Source: Myxococcota bacterium (GTDB lineage: Bacteria > Myxococcota_A > UBA796 > UBA2385). From it: a stretch of DNA of 64,000 nucleotides. The position numbers and the translations under genes are program-made. The notes below the pieces were generated by a model. It was given only the letters and a program-made list of their open reading frames with translations. It had not been told where the DNA came from and made no database searches. Positions 26,952 through 37,715 of this stretch are shown here, piece after piece. The first letter of the stretch is position 1; the number at the start of each line of letters is the position of its first letter. Location of the stretch: positions 352,001 to 416,000 of the forward strand of contig JBIJDH010000001.1 of NCBI GenBank assembly GCA_044344255.1. Reading direction: 5' to 3'.

Positions 26952-27851
26952 TCAGGCCTTCCAGCGCGAGAGGTCGCGGTCGAGCAGGCGCTCCAGGCGC
27001 TCCACCTCGGGCCGGAGCTCCGCCTGGAGGCGGGCCCGCAAGGCGGGATCGAGGGGGGCCCGCTCAAGGTGGCGGGAGTTCAGGCGCCGCACCGATCTCC
27101 GAAGGCGCACCCGGAGATCCGACGGAAAGAGGCCCTTGAGGGGCTCCGGGACGTGGGCGAGCAGCCGCCGGAGCCCGTCGCTGCGCACGGCTTTAGCGGT
27201 GTTGACCTCGCCCTCGGGCGTCGGGGCGGCGTCGAGGCCGAGCCAGTCGAGGAGGCCCGCCCAGGTGGCGGGGAGCGAAGACCGCAGGTCGTCCTGGAGC
27301 AGCACGCGCACACGGTCACGGCCGAAGACGGTGAAGTACCGCTCCACCTGCTCAGCATACGCGGCGACCCGCCGGTAGAGCAGGCCCTCGGGGAGCGGGG
27401 TGCGGGGCGGGAGCTGCTCCCCTCGGCGTCGAGCGGGCTCCGCGGCCAGCGCGAGCGCGAAGTCGCCGATGTCTTCGTCGTGGACGCTGTTGTAGCGGAG
27501 CTGTCCCCACAGCGCATACATCATCGAGACGGGCTCCCGGATGAGCACGATCACCCGCGCATCCGGGTTGAAGGCATGGATCTCGACGGCCGCCCGCTCC
27601 GAGTAGAGGTACCAGACGCTGGAGTCTCCGAGGCGGCGGTGCGCCACCGAGGCCCCCGCGAAGTGAGCGAGGTAGGCGGCACGGTCGGCGCAGGGCCGGT
27701 GCCGGAGCCCGAGATCGCTCCCGAAGTAGTGGAGGTCCTTCCGGGCCGCCATGAAGACCTGGGGGTGGCCCTCGAGGTAGCGCGTGAGCGCCGTGGTGCC
27801 GCACTTCGGGGCGCCGACGAGGAAGAGGTCCGGGAGCCGATGCTCGGCCAT
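26952..27851 (-). CDS. Sulfotransferase
   Basis: GAPKCGTTAL..HP, SVWYLYS, LIREPV. Confidence 0.9.
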   Translation of the reverse strand: MAEHRLPDLFLVGAPKCGTTALTRYLEGHPQVFMAARKDLHYFGSDLGLRHRPCADRAAYLAHFAGASVAHRRLGDSSVWYLYSERAAVEIHAFNPDARVIVLIREPVSMMYALWGQLRYNSVHDEDIGDFALALAAEPARRRGEQLPPRTPLPEGLLYRRVAAYAEQVERYFTVFGRDRVRVLLQDDLRSSLPATWAGLLDWLGLDAAPTPEGEVNTAKAVRSDGLRRLLAHVPEPLKGLFPSDLRVRLRRSVRRLNSRHLERAPLDPALRARLQAELRPEVERLERLLDRDLSRWKA

Positions 27852-27875
27852 GGTCGCGTCCGGGGAAGCGGAGGG

Positions 27876-28337
27876 TCAGCGGGTCCGGGCGAGCATCAGG
27901 CCGAGGAGGATCGCCAGCAGCACCATGCCCCCGTAGACCAGCCACATGAAGCGGCGATCCCGGAGGGTGGGATCGGGCATGGAGTCCCCCCTCCGCTTTC
28001 GGCGCTGGGTGCGCTGGGCGTACTCCTCGGGAGAGAGCCAGACCTCCCGGCCGGTGGAGTCGATGTAGACCTTGTAGCCCTTCTCCTCATAAAATTGCGC
28101 TCGAACACCCTCGCGGATCGAGAAGAGCTCAGAGTGTCGGGCCGCTTGACGGCGCTCCTGGGTCTGCCGCTTGCGGGAGCGGCGCTTCTCGATCGTCTCC
28201 TGGCGACGCGCGTGATCCTCCTCGAGCTGCGCTCGGAAGGCCCGCTCGGCCTCCTCCCGCTCGCCGGGAGACAGGCCGAGCGGGACGGTCGGCAGGTCCG
28301 AGGTGGTCTCCTGCGATTCGGCGGGCGACTTGGGCAT
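27876..28337 (-). CDS. Hypothetical charged-helical protein with C-terminal TM
   Basis: Glu/Arg-rich helix, hydrophobic C-terminal anchor; start uncertain. Confidence 0.6.
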   Translation of the reverse strand: MPKSPAESQETTSDLPTVPLGLSPGEREEAERAFRAQLEEDHARRQETIEKRRSRKRQTQERRQAARHSELFSIREGVRAQFYEEKGYKVYIDSTGREVWLSPEEYAQRTQRRKRRGDSMPDPTLRDRRFMWLVYGGMVLLAILLGLMLARTR

Positions 28338-28468
28338 CCGAGCTCCGAGGGCGCCGTCCCGTGGGGGCCGGCCCCGCCTCATAACCCTGCCCTCTGTTTC
28401 GAGGGGCCGCAACGACCCGCGTTTGACGGCGACGGGCCCCCGGGTGACTCTCCTCGTTCGGAGGGCCG

Positions 28469-29179
28469 ATGATCCCAGAGCTCCTGACCAGCGCCCGGGT
28501 CCGACTGCAGCGCCGCTTCGCGGACCTCGACATTGACGAGAACCGCCGCGCCCGGGAGGACCGCGAGGTGCTCACCCAGCGCATCTCCACGCTGGCCGCC
28601 TGGCCTAGGGAGGCGCCGAAGATCGCCCGGCGCTTCCGCGACGACTACCTCGACTACCTCAACCGCGTGGGCCACCCCAACCACGCCGCCTCCCTCGAGC
28701 TCATCGCCACCCTCTGGCTGATGGCCGAAGCGCTCCAGCCGAAGCGGATGGTCGACCTCGGCTCCGGCTTCACCTCGTTCATCTTCCGAACCTGGGCGGC
28801 CGAGCACCCGGGCGTCGAGGTCTGGTCGGTGGACGACTCCCCCGAGTGGCTGGAGCGCACCCGCGCTTGGCTCGGCGAGAAGCGGGTCTCCACCGAGAAC
28901 CTCGCCGTGTGGGAGACCTTCATCCAGGCCCCTCCCGCCCCCTTTGACCTCGTGCTCCACGACATGGGGATGATGGACACCCGCGCCCGCACGCTCAACC
29001 AGGCGATCAGCCTCGCCCGCAAAGGCGGCTACGTGATCCTCGACGACGTGCACAAGGATGAGTACCGCCGCTACGCGACCGGCGAGCTCGAGCGGGCGAA
29101 CATCCAGGCGCTGAGCCTCAAGGCCTTCACGAGAGACCCGATCTTCCGCTACGCCTGGCTGGCGCTGCCCACGCTGTAG
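28469..29179 (+). CDS. Class I SAM-dependent methyltransferase
   Basis: VDLGSGFTS, FDLVLHD, GGYVILDD. Confidence 0.85.
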   Translation: MIPELLTSARVRLQRRFADLDIDENRRAREDREVLTQRISTLAAWPREAPKIARRFRDDYLDYLNRVGHPNHAASLELIATLWLMAEALQPKRMVDLGSGFTSFIFRTWAAEHPGVEVWSVDDSPEWLERTRAWLGEKRVSTENLAVWETFIQAPPAPFDLVLHDMGMMDTRARTLNQAISLARKGGYVILDDVHKDEYRRYATGELERANIQALSLKAFTRDPIFRYAWLALPTL

Positions 29180-29205
29180 GCGCCCCAGCGCCGCCGGTCA
29201 GCCGG

Positions 29206-30129
29206 TCAGCGAGCGGCCTTCCAGGCCGGCAGCGGGCGGTCGAGCAGCGCCTCCAGGGCCTCGACCCGCGGGCGGAGCTCGGCGGTGAGCCGCGCCTTGG
29301 TCTCGGCGGCCATCGGCGGACGGTCCTCAAAACGAAGGTTCACCCTTCGGAGCACGCGCAGACCGAGGCGAGCGCCCGGGAAGGGCGCGGCGTCGACCCC
29401 CTCGAGCACCCTTCGGGGGCCGGGGCGGATCATCCAGTCGCGGAGCGCGCCGACGCGCACGCCGCGGTTGCTGTTGCGGGAGCGTTCGCTCGCGTCCATC
29501 ACGGCGTCCATCCCTGGGAATTCCGTGCGCACACCGAGGAACTGGAGCAGCCGACGGTACTGTTCGCGGGGGTCCTTCTGTAGATCATCGAGCAGGATCA
29601 CATGCACGCGGTCCCGGCCGAGGGCGTCGAAGTACCGACCGACCTGCGCGGCGTAGTCGGTGTTCTTCATGTAGTGCAGGGCGCAAGCCGGGATCGAGCT
29701 CGGCGGGAGGCGCCGCCCGGCGAGGCGGTCGGGCTCGGCGGCGAGGGCCTCTTCGAAGGAGGCGATGTCCTCGTCGCCCGAGAACACGAGGTGGCTGTGC
29801 AGGGAGTGCAGCCAGCTCGTCGGGTTGCGCAGAAGCATCACCACCCGGAGATCGCCGGAGAAGGCGCGCAGCTCGCCGGCGGCCCGCTCACTGATGAGCG
29901 ACCAGGTCGAGGCCTCGCCCACCCGCCGGTGGGCCGCCTTCGCCCCCCGGAAGAAGGAGAGGTAGTTCTCGAGGGTGCGGGGCGGGTCGTGGTAGCGCAG
30001 ATCCGCACCGAAGTAGTGCAGCTCCTTCTTCGCCATGAAGATGTCGGGGTGACCAGAGAGGTAGGAGTCGAGCAAGCCGGAGCCGCTGCGCGGGTGGCCG
30101 ACGAAGAGGAAGTCAGGGCGGCGGCTCAC
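29206..30129 (-). CDS. Sulfotransferase (paralog of 26952-27851)
   Basis: [29 protein letters not shown]. Confidence 0.9.
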   Translation of the reverse strand: MSRRPDFLFVGHPRSGSGLLDSYLSGHPDIFMAKKELHYFGADLRYHDPPRTLENYLSFFRGAKAAHRRVGEASTWSLISERAAGELRAFSGDLRVVMLLRNPTSWLHSLHSHLVFSGDEDIASFEEALAAEPDRLAGRRLPPSSIPACALHYMKNTDYAAQVGRYFDALGRDRVHVILLDDLQKDPREQYRRLLQFLGVRTEFPGMDAVMDASERSRNSNRGVRVGALRDWMIRPGPRRVLEGVDAAPFPGARLGLRVLRRVNLRFEDRPPMAAETKARLTAELRPRVEALEALLDRPLPAWKAAR

Positions 30130-31211
30130 GGGCGGGCTCCCGGTTGGCGGACACCGTCCCAGAGCGAACGGTGCTGGAGGATGATCACGTCCAACCCAAA
30201 GCGCGCCTCGGCGAGGCGGCGCCCCGCGGCGCCCTGGGCGCGGCGGAGGGAAGCGTCTCCGAGGAGGAGGGCGAGCTGGTCGGCCAGCGCGTCGCGATCG
30301 CCGGGCTCGACCAGGGCGCCCGTCTGGCCCGCCTCCACGGACTCCGGGATGCCCGCGATGGGGGTCGAGACCACCGGCAAGCCCATCGCCATCGCCTCGA
30401 GGATGCTCATCGGCAGGGCCTCGTGGTAGCTCGGGAGGCAGAAGACGTCGGCGCCCGCGTACTCGGCGAGGCGGGCGGCCCCGCTCACCCAGCCCGGCAC
30501 GCTCACGTGGGCCGCGAGTCCGCGGCGGGCCACGGTGTCGCGGAGGCGCTCGACCTCGCCGTTGCCGCAGAAACGAAACTGGGCCTCCGGCACGCGGCGG
30601 AGCACGCGGGGGACGGCGGCCAGAAGATCCCAGGTGCCCTTCCGGTCGCCGATCTCCCCCATGAAGACAACGGTGGGCGCGGGGTGGGCCGAACGATCGG
30701 GGGGCGTGAAATTGGCCAGATCCACGGGGTTGTAGAGGACCACCAGCGGGAAGCCGGGGCCGACCAGGGCCTCGATCACGCCAGCCATCGACCGGGAGAG
30801 CACCACCACCGCCGCCGCCCGGCTGAACATCCAGCGCATCATGCGGCGGTGGACGGGGGAGCCCTCGATGAAGCCCGCCAGATCGGGGATGTGCAGGTGA
30901 ACGATCACCGGGCGGCCGGTGGCGTGCGCCTGCTCGAACCAGACCAGCTTCCGGTAGAAGGAGGCGAAGTAAGACAGGTGGATGTGGAAGACGTCCGGGC
31001 GCCAGCCCCGCGCGAGCTGCCCGGCGAAGATGAGCTCCCGGCGCACCATGCCGGCGGCCTTCCGCCAGCGCGGCCCATTCTTCATGGTGCCGAAGTAGCG
31101 CACCTCGGCGCCCACCCGCGGGGCCGCCTCGACGAGGAGGCGCGCGACCGTGGAGATGCCGCCCTGGGCGTCCAGGTCGGGGCCGATCATGGCGACGGAG
31201 AGGGGGGTCAC
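30126..31211 (-). CDS. GT4 glycosyltransferase
   Basis: RKG, FCLPSYHEALPMSILEAMAMG. Confidence 0.93.
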   Translation of the reverse strand: MTPLSVAMIGPDLDAQGGISTVARLLVEAAPRVGAEVRYFGTMKNGPRWRKAAGMVRRELIFAGQLARGWRPDVFHIHLSYFASFYRKLVWFEQAHATGRPVIVHLHIPDLAGFIEGSPVHRRMMRWMFSRAAAVVVLSRSMAGVIEALVGPGFPLVVLYNPVDLANFTPPDRSAHPAPTVVFMGEIGDRKGTWDLLAAVPRVLRRVPEAQFRFCGNGEVERLRDTVARRGLAAHVSVPGWVSGAARLAEYAGADVFCLPSYHEALPMSILEAMAMGLPVVSTPIAGIPESVEAGQTGALVEPGDRDALADQLALLLGDASLRRAQGAAGRRLAEARFGLDVIILQHRSLWDGVRQPGARP

Positions 31212-33691
31212 GGGGCCCCGTTATCCGAGGGGAGCTGTGGCGGCAGGCCGGCGCGGAGGCGGCTCAAGGTCTCCACCTCGAAGGGGGTGGCCTGCCCCGC
31301 ATCGACGAGCGCCGCCACCTCCACCTCGAGCTCTGCGAAGGGCCGCGCCTGCTCGATGAGCTGCCGGATGAGCAGGCGCCGGAGCCCGACCAAGGCGGGC
31401 TCTTCTCGGAGCAGCGCGCGCAGGAGCTCGATGGCGGCGGGATCACCGGCGGCGGCCTTCGCTCGCGCGAGGCCCACTCGGCTCGGCCGGTCGTCCTTCC
31501 CGCACTTCGCCCGGGCCCGCTGGTACCACTCCACCGCCTCCGCCGCACGGTTGAGGTCGAGGCGGGCCTCGGCCCCGGCGAGCAGCGTGCCGCAATTCCG
31601 GTCCGGCACCGCCTCGATCAGCGCCAGCGCCCGCGCAGGCTCCCCCCAACGGTTGAGGTGGACCGCGAAGGCGAGGCCCATGGTGGGATCGAGGCCGACC
31701 GAGCGCTCGAAGGCCTCCCGCGCCGCGGCCTGCCACTCGGGGCGACCATCGCGGGCGAGCACGCGGCCCGCGTCGCGGAGGCGGTCCGCACGATCGGGGA
31801 TCATCAACTCCAAGCCGCCCGCGGGATCAGGATCTGACGAGAAGGCCTCGACGATGAGGCCCATGGCGTCTACATCCTCGGGGAGATCGAGCGCGAGGCC
31901 GGCAGACCAGGCCGCCCGCGCCGAGGGGGTCTGGCTGAGCTCCGCCTCGAAGCGGGCGAGGGCCAGCCAGGTCCAGGGGTCGCTCGGGTAGACGCGCGTG
32001 GCGATCTGAAGGGCCTCGCGCGCGCGCTCGGTGTGTCCGAGCCCCGCCTCCGCGCGCGCCAGCTTAGCGAGGGCCCACTCCGAGGTCGGGACGCGGAGGA
32101 GGGCCGCCCGCGCCGCGGCCGCCGACGCGCTCGCCGCCGCCGCAGCCTGGGGCTCCCCCTCGGCGAGGAGGACCTCGTCCCAGCGCTGATCCGAGAGGGC
32201 CAGATCTGCAGCGGGTGAGGCGAACAGCGAGCCCGGGGCGAGATCGTCGAGCAGGACCCCCACCGGCGTCAGGAGCGAGAGCGCCCCGAGGACGAGGCCC
32301 GCGGCGAGCCAACCGCGCGGCGCGACAATCGCCGCGGGGCGCTCCACCGCGAACAGCACGCCTGCGAGCAGGGCCGCGAGGATCGCGAGGGCCCCAGCCC
32401 GAAGCGGGAACTCGTACAGGCAGGCGGTGGCGAGCGCCGCGTAGGCGCCCACGAAGGCCGCCCCGAGGCTGCGCCGCCGACCCCGCGGCGTCGCCAGCAG
32501 CCGCCTGATCGCCACCGCGGCCGGCGCGAGGCAGAGAAGGATCCACAGGCTCCCCACGATGAGGCCATGCTCCGCCAGCGCCTGCAACGGCTCCTGGTGC
32601 GCGTGCTCGGTGAGCGAGAAGACCGGGCTCACCTTGACGACCTTCTCGGCCTCGCCGAAGCTCCCTTGCCCCACCCCGAGCAGAGGCGCTCCCTTGGCGA
32701 GCGCCCAGGCGTCCGCCCAGAAGGAGTCGCGATCGCCGAAGACATCCGGGGTGGCCGCCGCGGGCAGGATGTGCAGCGTGAGCCACTCGGCGGCGGGGCG
32801 GAGGCCCACCACCCCGACGCCGAGGCCGACGAGGCCGCCCAGCCCGCTGAGGCCGATCACCACCGGTCGCGGAGACGCCAGCAGCAACATCACGGAGAGG
32901 CCCACCGCCGCCGCGATCAGCCCGCCCCGGCTCGTGGTGGTCCACAGGCCGAGCAGGAGCATCGCCAACGCCAGGGTCCAGCCGAGTCGGTAGGCGGCTT
33001 CGCCGCGGGTCAACAAGACCGCGGCCAGGGGCAGCGCGGTCGCGAGCAAGAAGGCAGCGTGGTTCGGGTTGACGAAGGGGCCGAAGAAGCCGCCCCCGAG
33101 GGAGGCGGGCACACCGCTCGACCAATAGATCGCCTCCGCCGCGCCGAAGCGCTGAGCCCACGCCAGCAGCACCACCGCCAAGGCGGTGACCACCACCGAG
33201 CCGGCGAGGCGGATCATCCGTCGGCGCGAGCGCACGGCGGTGGCGACCGCCGCGGCGAACAGCACGGCCGCCGCGGCCTCCCCGCTGGCGAGCAGGGCCG
33301 ACTGCGGGTGGAGCGCCAGGGGATGCCTCGCGCCCTCCTTCGCCAGGCCCAGCGCCTCCTCTACGACGCGGGCGACGCCGGGCTGGAGGGCGGCGCGGGT
33401 GGCCGCTGAGACGGGCACCAGCGCCACCAAGCCGGCCCCGACAGCGAAGAGCGCCGCGAAGAGGAGCCCGAGCTCCGCTCGACCGACGGAGGCGGAGCGC
33501 TCCCGCAGACCCGCCACGAGGCCGTACAGGCCCACGCTCACCGTGACGACCGCCAGGGCGGCGCGCGGCCAGGGGTGAACCGTGGCAAAGAGGGCCGTCG
33601 CGAGGGGCAGGGGCAGGAGCAACAGCCAGCCCACCACCCGCGCTTCGTCGCGTCGCGAATGGCCGTGTTCCGAATGCTCAGCGGCGTGCAT
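31208..33691 (-). CDS. O-antigen ligase-family membrane protein with TPR tail
   Basis: GPFVNPNH, TTSRGG, PLLGVGQGSF, HAHQEPLQ; Ala-rich helical repeats; start uncertain (open to 33775). Confidence 0.85.
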   Translation of the reverse strand: MHAAEHSEHGHSRRDEARVVGWLLLLPLPLATALFATVHPWPRAALAVVTVSVGLYGLVAGLRERSASVGRAELGLLFAALFAVGAGLVALVPVSAATRAALQPGVARVVEEALGLAKEGARHPLALHPQSALLASGEAAAAVLFAAAVATAVRSRRRMIRLAGSVVVTALAVVLLAWAQRFGAAEAIYWSSGVPASLGGGFFGPFVNPNHAAFLLATALPLAAVLLTRGEAAYRLGWTLALAMLLLGLWTTTSRGGLIAAAVGLSVMLLLASPRPVVIGLSGLGGLVGLGVGVVGLRPAAEWLTLHILPAAATPDVFGDRDSFWADAWALAKGAPLLGVGQGSFGEAEKVVKVSPVFSLTEHAHQEPLQALAEHGLIVGSLWILLCLAPAAVAIRRLLATPRGRRRSLGAAFVGAYAALATACLYEFPLRAGALAILAALLAGVLFAVERPAAIVAPRGWLAAGLVLGALSLLTPVGVLLDDLAPGSLFASPAADLALSDQRWDEVLLAEGEPQAAAAASASAAAARAALLRVPTSEWALAKLARAEAGLGHTERAREALQIATRVYPSDPWTWLALARFEAELSQTPSARAAWSAGLALDLPEDVDAMGLIVEAFSSDPDPAGGLELMIPDRADRLRDAGRVLARDGRPEWQAAAREAFERSVGLDPTMGLAFAVHLNRWGEPARALALIEAVPDRNCGTLLAGAEARLDLNRAAEAVEWYQRARAKCGKDDRPSRVGLARAKAAAGDPAAIELLRALLREEPALVGLRRLLIRQLIEQARPFAELEVEVAALVDAGQATPFEVETLSRLRAGLPPQLPSDNGAP

Positions 33692-33814
33692 GATCGGGGC
33701 CTGCCTGCGGAGGTGGCCGGGGTGGCCCTGGCGGGGCGCCGCGGCGGTTGGGCCGACCCGGGGGGGTGAGGTCACCCCGGACCCGTGTTACCCCTGCCCG
33801 GCTGGAGTTGATCA

Positions 33815-35986
33815 ATGGACTACCCCGGTCGGGTGGACGGCGCGAAAGGGCAGACGGAAGCCGTCCTGCTCCACTACTGGATGATCTTACGGAAGCGCAA
33901 GTTCGTTGTGCTCTTGTTTACGTTCTTCCTGATGAGCACAGTGCTGGTCGCCACGCTGTTGTCTACCCGCTACTACGCGGCGACGGCTGTGATCCAGATC
34001 AGCCCGAAGGCCCCCACGGTCGTCGAGATGGACGAGGTCACCGACGTGGTCCCGAGCAGCTCCTACCAGGAGCTGCAAAACTACTACGCGACCCAATACA
34101 AGATCATCCAGAGCCGCTCGGTGTTGGAGGCCACCCTCCAGTCTCTCCGAGAGAACCACCAGATCACCGACTTTGATGAGGCGCCGCGGCCCGTCGACGC
34201 CTTCCGAAAGGCGCTGATCATCGAGCCCGTCCCCCAGACCCACCTCGTCAACATCACCTTCGAGTACCCCGATCCCGCGAAGGCGGTGCTCTTCGCCGAC
34301 TCGCTGGCCGACGCCTACATCGAGACCAACCACGCCCGCGCCTTTCGCTCGGCCGAGGAGGCCTTGACTTGGCTCGAGACGAAGAGCCGCGAGCTCTCCG
34401 CCAGCGCCGTCGACGCCGACCAGAAGGTGCTCGACTACCGGCGCGAGCACGGCCTCGGCGGGATGGACGAACAGTACAACACCACCGTCACGCGGCTCCA
34501 CAAGCTGCAGGACGCCTGGAGCGCCGCCGCCACCGAGCGGAACCAGGCCGCCTCCGTCTACGGCGAGCTCTCCTCTCTGCTCACGCGGGCGCGCACCTCC
34601 AACGACTGGGATCCACTCACCCAGCATCTCTCTGTCGGGCGCCCCGCGCTCACTGACCTCCTCACCAGCCGCGACGACCTCACCCGCAAGAAGGAGGAGC
34701 TCTCGAAGCGCTACAAGGAGGGTTGGCCCGAGATGACCGAGCTTCAGGGCCAGATCGACAGCATCAACCGCCAGGTGCGCGACCAGGTGAGCTCGATCGT
34801 CGAGAGCAAGCGCGCAGAGCTCGATGTCTCCACGGGCCGCGAGCAGGGCCTCAAGTCCGAGCTCGACGGCGTGCGCAAGGAGGTCGACGAGCTCGACCAG
34901 AAGCTGATCGACCTCAAGTACCTGAAGTCACAGGCCTCTCGCGACGACACCTTCTACCAGAGCATCGCCAGCCGCCGGAACGAGGTGGCGCTCACAAAGG
35001 CGCTGCAGAACAACAACATCCAGGTGGTCGACCGCGCCGTCGCCTCCGACGATCCCGTCCGCCCCGTCCTGAGCGTGAACCTGGCGATGGCGCTGATCTT
35101 CGGCCTCTTCGGCGGCTGCGCCATGGCCTTCGCCATCGAGTACCTCGACTCCACCGTGAAGAGCCAGGAGGACCTCGAGGCCATCCTCGGCGTGCCGATG
35201 CTCGGCGTGGTGCCCGAGATCGACCCCGAGGACTCCCGCTCGCTCGCCTCCGACGTCGAGCGCTCGCTCTACGTCTTCGCGCGGCCCCGGTCCAACGTGG
35301 CCGAGCACATGCGCAGCATCCGCACCAACGTGATGTTCCGGGTGCCTCAGAAGAAGGTCCGCAAGCTGCTCATCACGAGCGCCACGCCGCGAGAGGGCAA
35401 GTCTTTCACCTCGGCCAACCTCGCCGCCATCATCGCGATGACCGGCAACCGGGTGCTGCTCATCGACGCCGACCTTCGGCGCCCGGCCATGCACAAGCGC
35501 TTCGGCCTCTCCAACGACATCGGCCTCGCCTCGGTGCTCTCGGGCGACGAGACCTTCAAGTCCGTGGTCCAGCACAGCCACATCCCCGACCTCGACATCA
35601 TGGTGGCCGGCCCCCCGCCGCCGAACCCCGGCGAGCTGCTCGGCGGCAGCGACATGGAGCGGATCATCGAGAGCATTGAAGGATACGACTTCATCCTCAT
35701 CGACTCCCCGCCCGTGACCGTCGTGGCTGACCCGCTCGTCCTCTCGAGCCTCGTCGACGGCGTCCTCGTGGTGGTGGAGGCCAATCGTACGAACCGCCAC
35801 ATCGTCACGCTCGCCAACACCAAGCTGCGGGAGATGAAGGCCAACGTCATCGGCGCCATCATCAACAAGCTCAGCAACCGCGCCTCGAGCAACGGCTACG
35901 GCTACGGCTACAACTACTACACCTACGGCTACTACTACGCCGAGTCGGAGGACGGCAGCGCCGACGGCCTGCCGCCTCGGTCCTGA
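33815..35986 (+). CDS. wzc: Polysaccharide co-polymerase / tyrosine autokinase
   Basis: Two TMs around coiled coil, TSATPREGKS, LLIDADLRRP, LIDSPP, Tyr-rich tail. Confidence 0.93.
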   Translation: MDYPGRVDGAKGQTEAVLLHYWMILRKRKFVVLLFTFFLMSTVLVATLLSTRYYAATAVIQISPKAPTVVEMDEVTDVVPSSSYQELQNYYATQYKIIQSRSVLEATLQSLRENHQITDFDEAPRPVDAFRKALIIEPVPQTHLVNITFEYPDPAKAVLFADSLADAYIETNHARAFRSAEEALTWLETKSRELSASAVDADQKVLDYRREHGLGGMDEQYNTTVTRLHKLQDAWSAAATERNQAASVYGELSSLLTRARTSNDWDPLTQHLSVGRPALTDLLTSRDDLTRKKEELSKRYKEGWPEMTELQGQIDSINRQVRDQVSSIVESKRAELDVSTGREQGLKSELDGVRKEVDELDQKLIDLKYLKSQASRDDTFYQSIASRRNEVALTKALQNNNIQVVDRAVASDDPVRPVLSVNLAMALIFGLFGGCAMAFAIEYLDSTVKSQEDLEAILGVPMLGVVPEIDPEDSRSLASDVERSLYVFARPRSNVAEHMRSIRTNVMFRVPQKKVRKLLITSATPREGKSFTSANLAAIIAMTGNRVLLIDADLRRPAMHKRFGLSNDIGLASVLSGDETFKSVVQHSHIPDLDIMVAGPPPPNPGELLGGSDMERIIESIEGYDFILIDSPPVTVVADPLVLSSLVDGVLVVVEANRTNRHIVTLANTKLREMKANVIGAIINKLSNRASSNGYGYGYNYYTYGYYYAESEDGSADGLPPRS

Positions 35987-37575
35987 GCCGCGCCCATCGT
36001 CGGGCCCGCCTTCAGCTTCGTCGGGCCGACCTTCAGTGACGGGGGGCTCAGCGGCCCTCGGCGCGGGGTGACGAGGCCGTCGCGGACGAGCTGCTGGTAC
36101 TCGGCGAACATCACGCCGGCCATCGCCCAGAAGAACCAGCCGAGCGTCGCCCGGTTGATGAAGGAGTTGCTGACGAGGTTCGCGGTGGTGGCGGCCACGC
36201 ACAGCGCGGCGGCGAAGGCGCCGAGCTGCCGAGACCAGGCGTCTGGGGAGCGCTTGAAGACGATCCAGCCGCAGCGCAGCACCTGGAGCTGCATCACGAT
36301 GTAGCTGAGGGTGGCGAGCGGCCCCACCTGGAAGGTCATGGTGAGGTAGTCGCTGTGGGTGTCGACGGTCCCGCCCTTTCGCAGGACGAAGGGGTTGAAG
36401 GCCTCGCGAGTGAGCAGCCAGTGCTTGCCGATGCCGAGGCCGAGCAGGATGTCGCCGAGCGGGTAGCTCAGGTACTCGCCGATCGAGGCCGTCCAGATGC
36501 CCATTCGCCCCGAGCCGAGCTTCTCCCGGCTCATCACCGACTCGTCCGGCGCGAAGAAGAGCACGAGGTCCTTGAACCGATCCTGGAGGTCGGGCGTGGC
36601 CACCATCACCACCAGCCCGGCGAGCCCCGCGACGGCGAGCAGCCCGCGGCGGCCGCTGAGCGCGAGCAGGGAGACGAGGAAGACCGCCAGCGCCAGCAAG
36701 GCGGTGCGGACGTAGGTCTGGTAGAGGCAGAGCACCGCCAGCCCGGCGAGGAGCCCGAGGCCGAGCCGATGGCTCCATCGTTTCACGGCCAGGGTCCACC
36801 AGATGAGGAAGGCGCTGAACACCAGCATCATGAGCGCGTGGTTGTGCAGGTTCTCGTAGCCACCCAGCAGGCGCTTGTAGCCCTGCAACATGAAGGCGGA
36901 GCCATGCCCCGTCACGAGGTGGTGCACCGACACCCCGACCGGGATGAGGCTGGTGGCGGCGATGACCTTGGCGAAGCGCACCCGCTCGGCCCGCTCGGTG
37001 TAGTAGGCCGAGACGAGCAGGGTCATCAGCAGGGGGTTGATGTACCGCGCCATGATCTCTGCGGCGGAGCGGAGCTCTAGGTTGCGCAGCCCCCCGATGA
37101 GCAGCACCGCGACGTAGGGCAGCAGCGCCGGGGTGCAGGGGTGGTTCTGCACCCGCCGGAGGTCGAGCACGACCAGCACCGCGGCCATCGCCGTGACGGC
37201 CCCGGTGTAGATCTCCATCAGGTTCAGGCTGCCGAAATTCCCAGGCAGCCACCAGAGGAGGTCCAGGACGAGGCGACCCGCGAAGAAGGTGAGCAGGGCC
37301 TCCTTCGGCCGGCCGAAGAAGTAGCCGACCATCAGCAGGCCGCCGATCCCGGCTACCTGGGCCTTCACCGGCAGCTTGAGCACCGCGACGGTCAGGAAGA
37401 GGATGAGCCCCGCGGCGATGAGCGGCATCAGCCGAAGCCAGAACGGTCGCTCGTCGACGCCGCCCGACCACGCGGAGCGGATCATCCTCCGCAGGCGCTC
37501 CCCAGTGGGCGTGGACCGACGGAGGGCGGGGGCGGGCTCGAGCTCGGCCAAGGCGATGCGTCCTCTCCCTCTCAT
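35935..37575 (-). CDS. O-antigen ligase / Wzy-like polymerase
   Basis: Many TMs, SGRMGIW, LLGLGIG, THSDYL. Confidence 0.85.
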   Translation of the reverse strand: MRGRGRIALAELEPAPALRRSTPTGERLRRMIRSAWSGGVDERPFWLRLMPLIAAGLILFLTVAVLKLPVKAQVAGIGGLLMVGYFFGRPKEALLTFFAGRLVLDLLWWLPGNFGSLNLMEIYTGAVTAMAAVLVVLDLRRVQNHPCTPALLPYVAVLLIGGLRNLELRSAAEIMARYINPLLMTLLVSAYYTERAERVRFAKVIAATSLIPVGVSVHHLVTGHGSAFMLQGYKRLLGGYENLHNHALMMLVFSAFLIWWTLAVKRWSHRLGLGLLAGLAVLCLYQTYVRTALLALAVFLVSLLALSGRRGLLAVAGLAGLVVMVATPDLQDRFKDLVLFFAPDESVMSREKLGSGRMGIWTASIGEYLSYPLGDILLGLGIGKHWLLTREAFNPFVLRKGGTVDTHSDYLTMTFQVGPLATLSYIVMQLQVLRCGWIVFKRSPDAWSRQLGAFAAALCVAATTANLVSNSFINRATLGWFFWAMAGVMFAEYQQLVRDGLVTPRRGPLSPPSLKVGPTKLKAGPTMGAAQDRGGRPSALPSSDSA

Positions 37576-37715
37576 CGCCTGTCCGCGGGCCGGTGGCCAC
37601 CCGATGGGCGGGCGCCGGTCGGCCGGGGGTTCAAGGCCACGGGCGCAAGCCGCCGAAAGCGAGCGCGGGCCGATCGGCCCCGCGCGCGGTTAGGCTGGGC
37701 CCGAAGGACGGGCGC

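Noticed and set aside
35935..35986. Convergent overlap of wzc and the ligase-like gene as a regulatory device
   Set aside because: Short overlap of low-complexity tails, common in GC-rich genomes.
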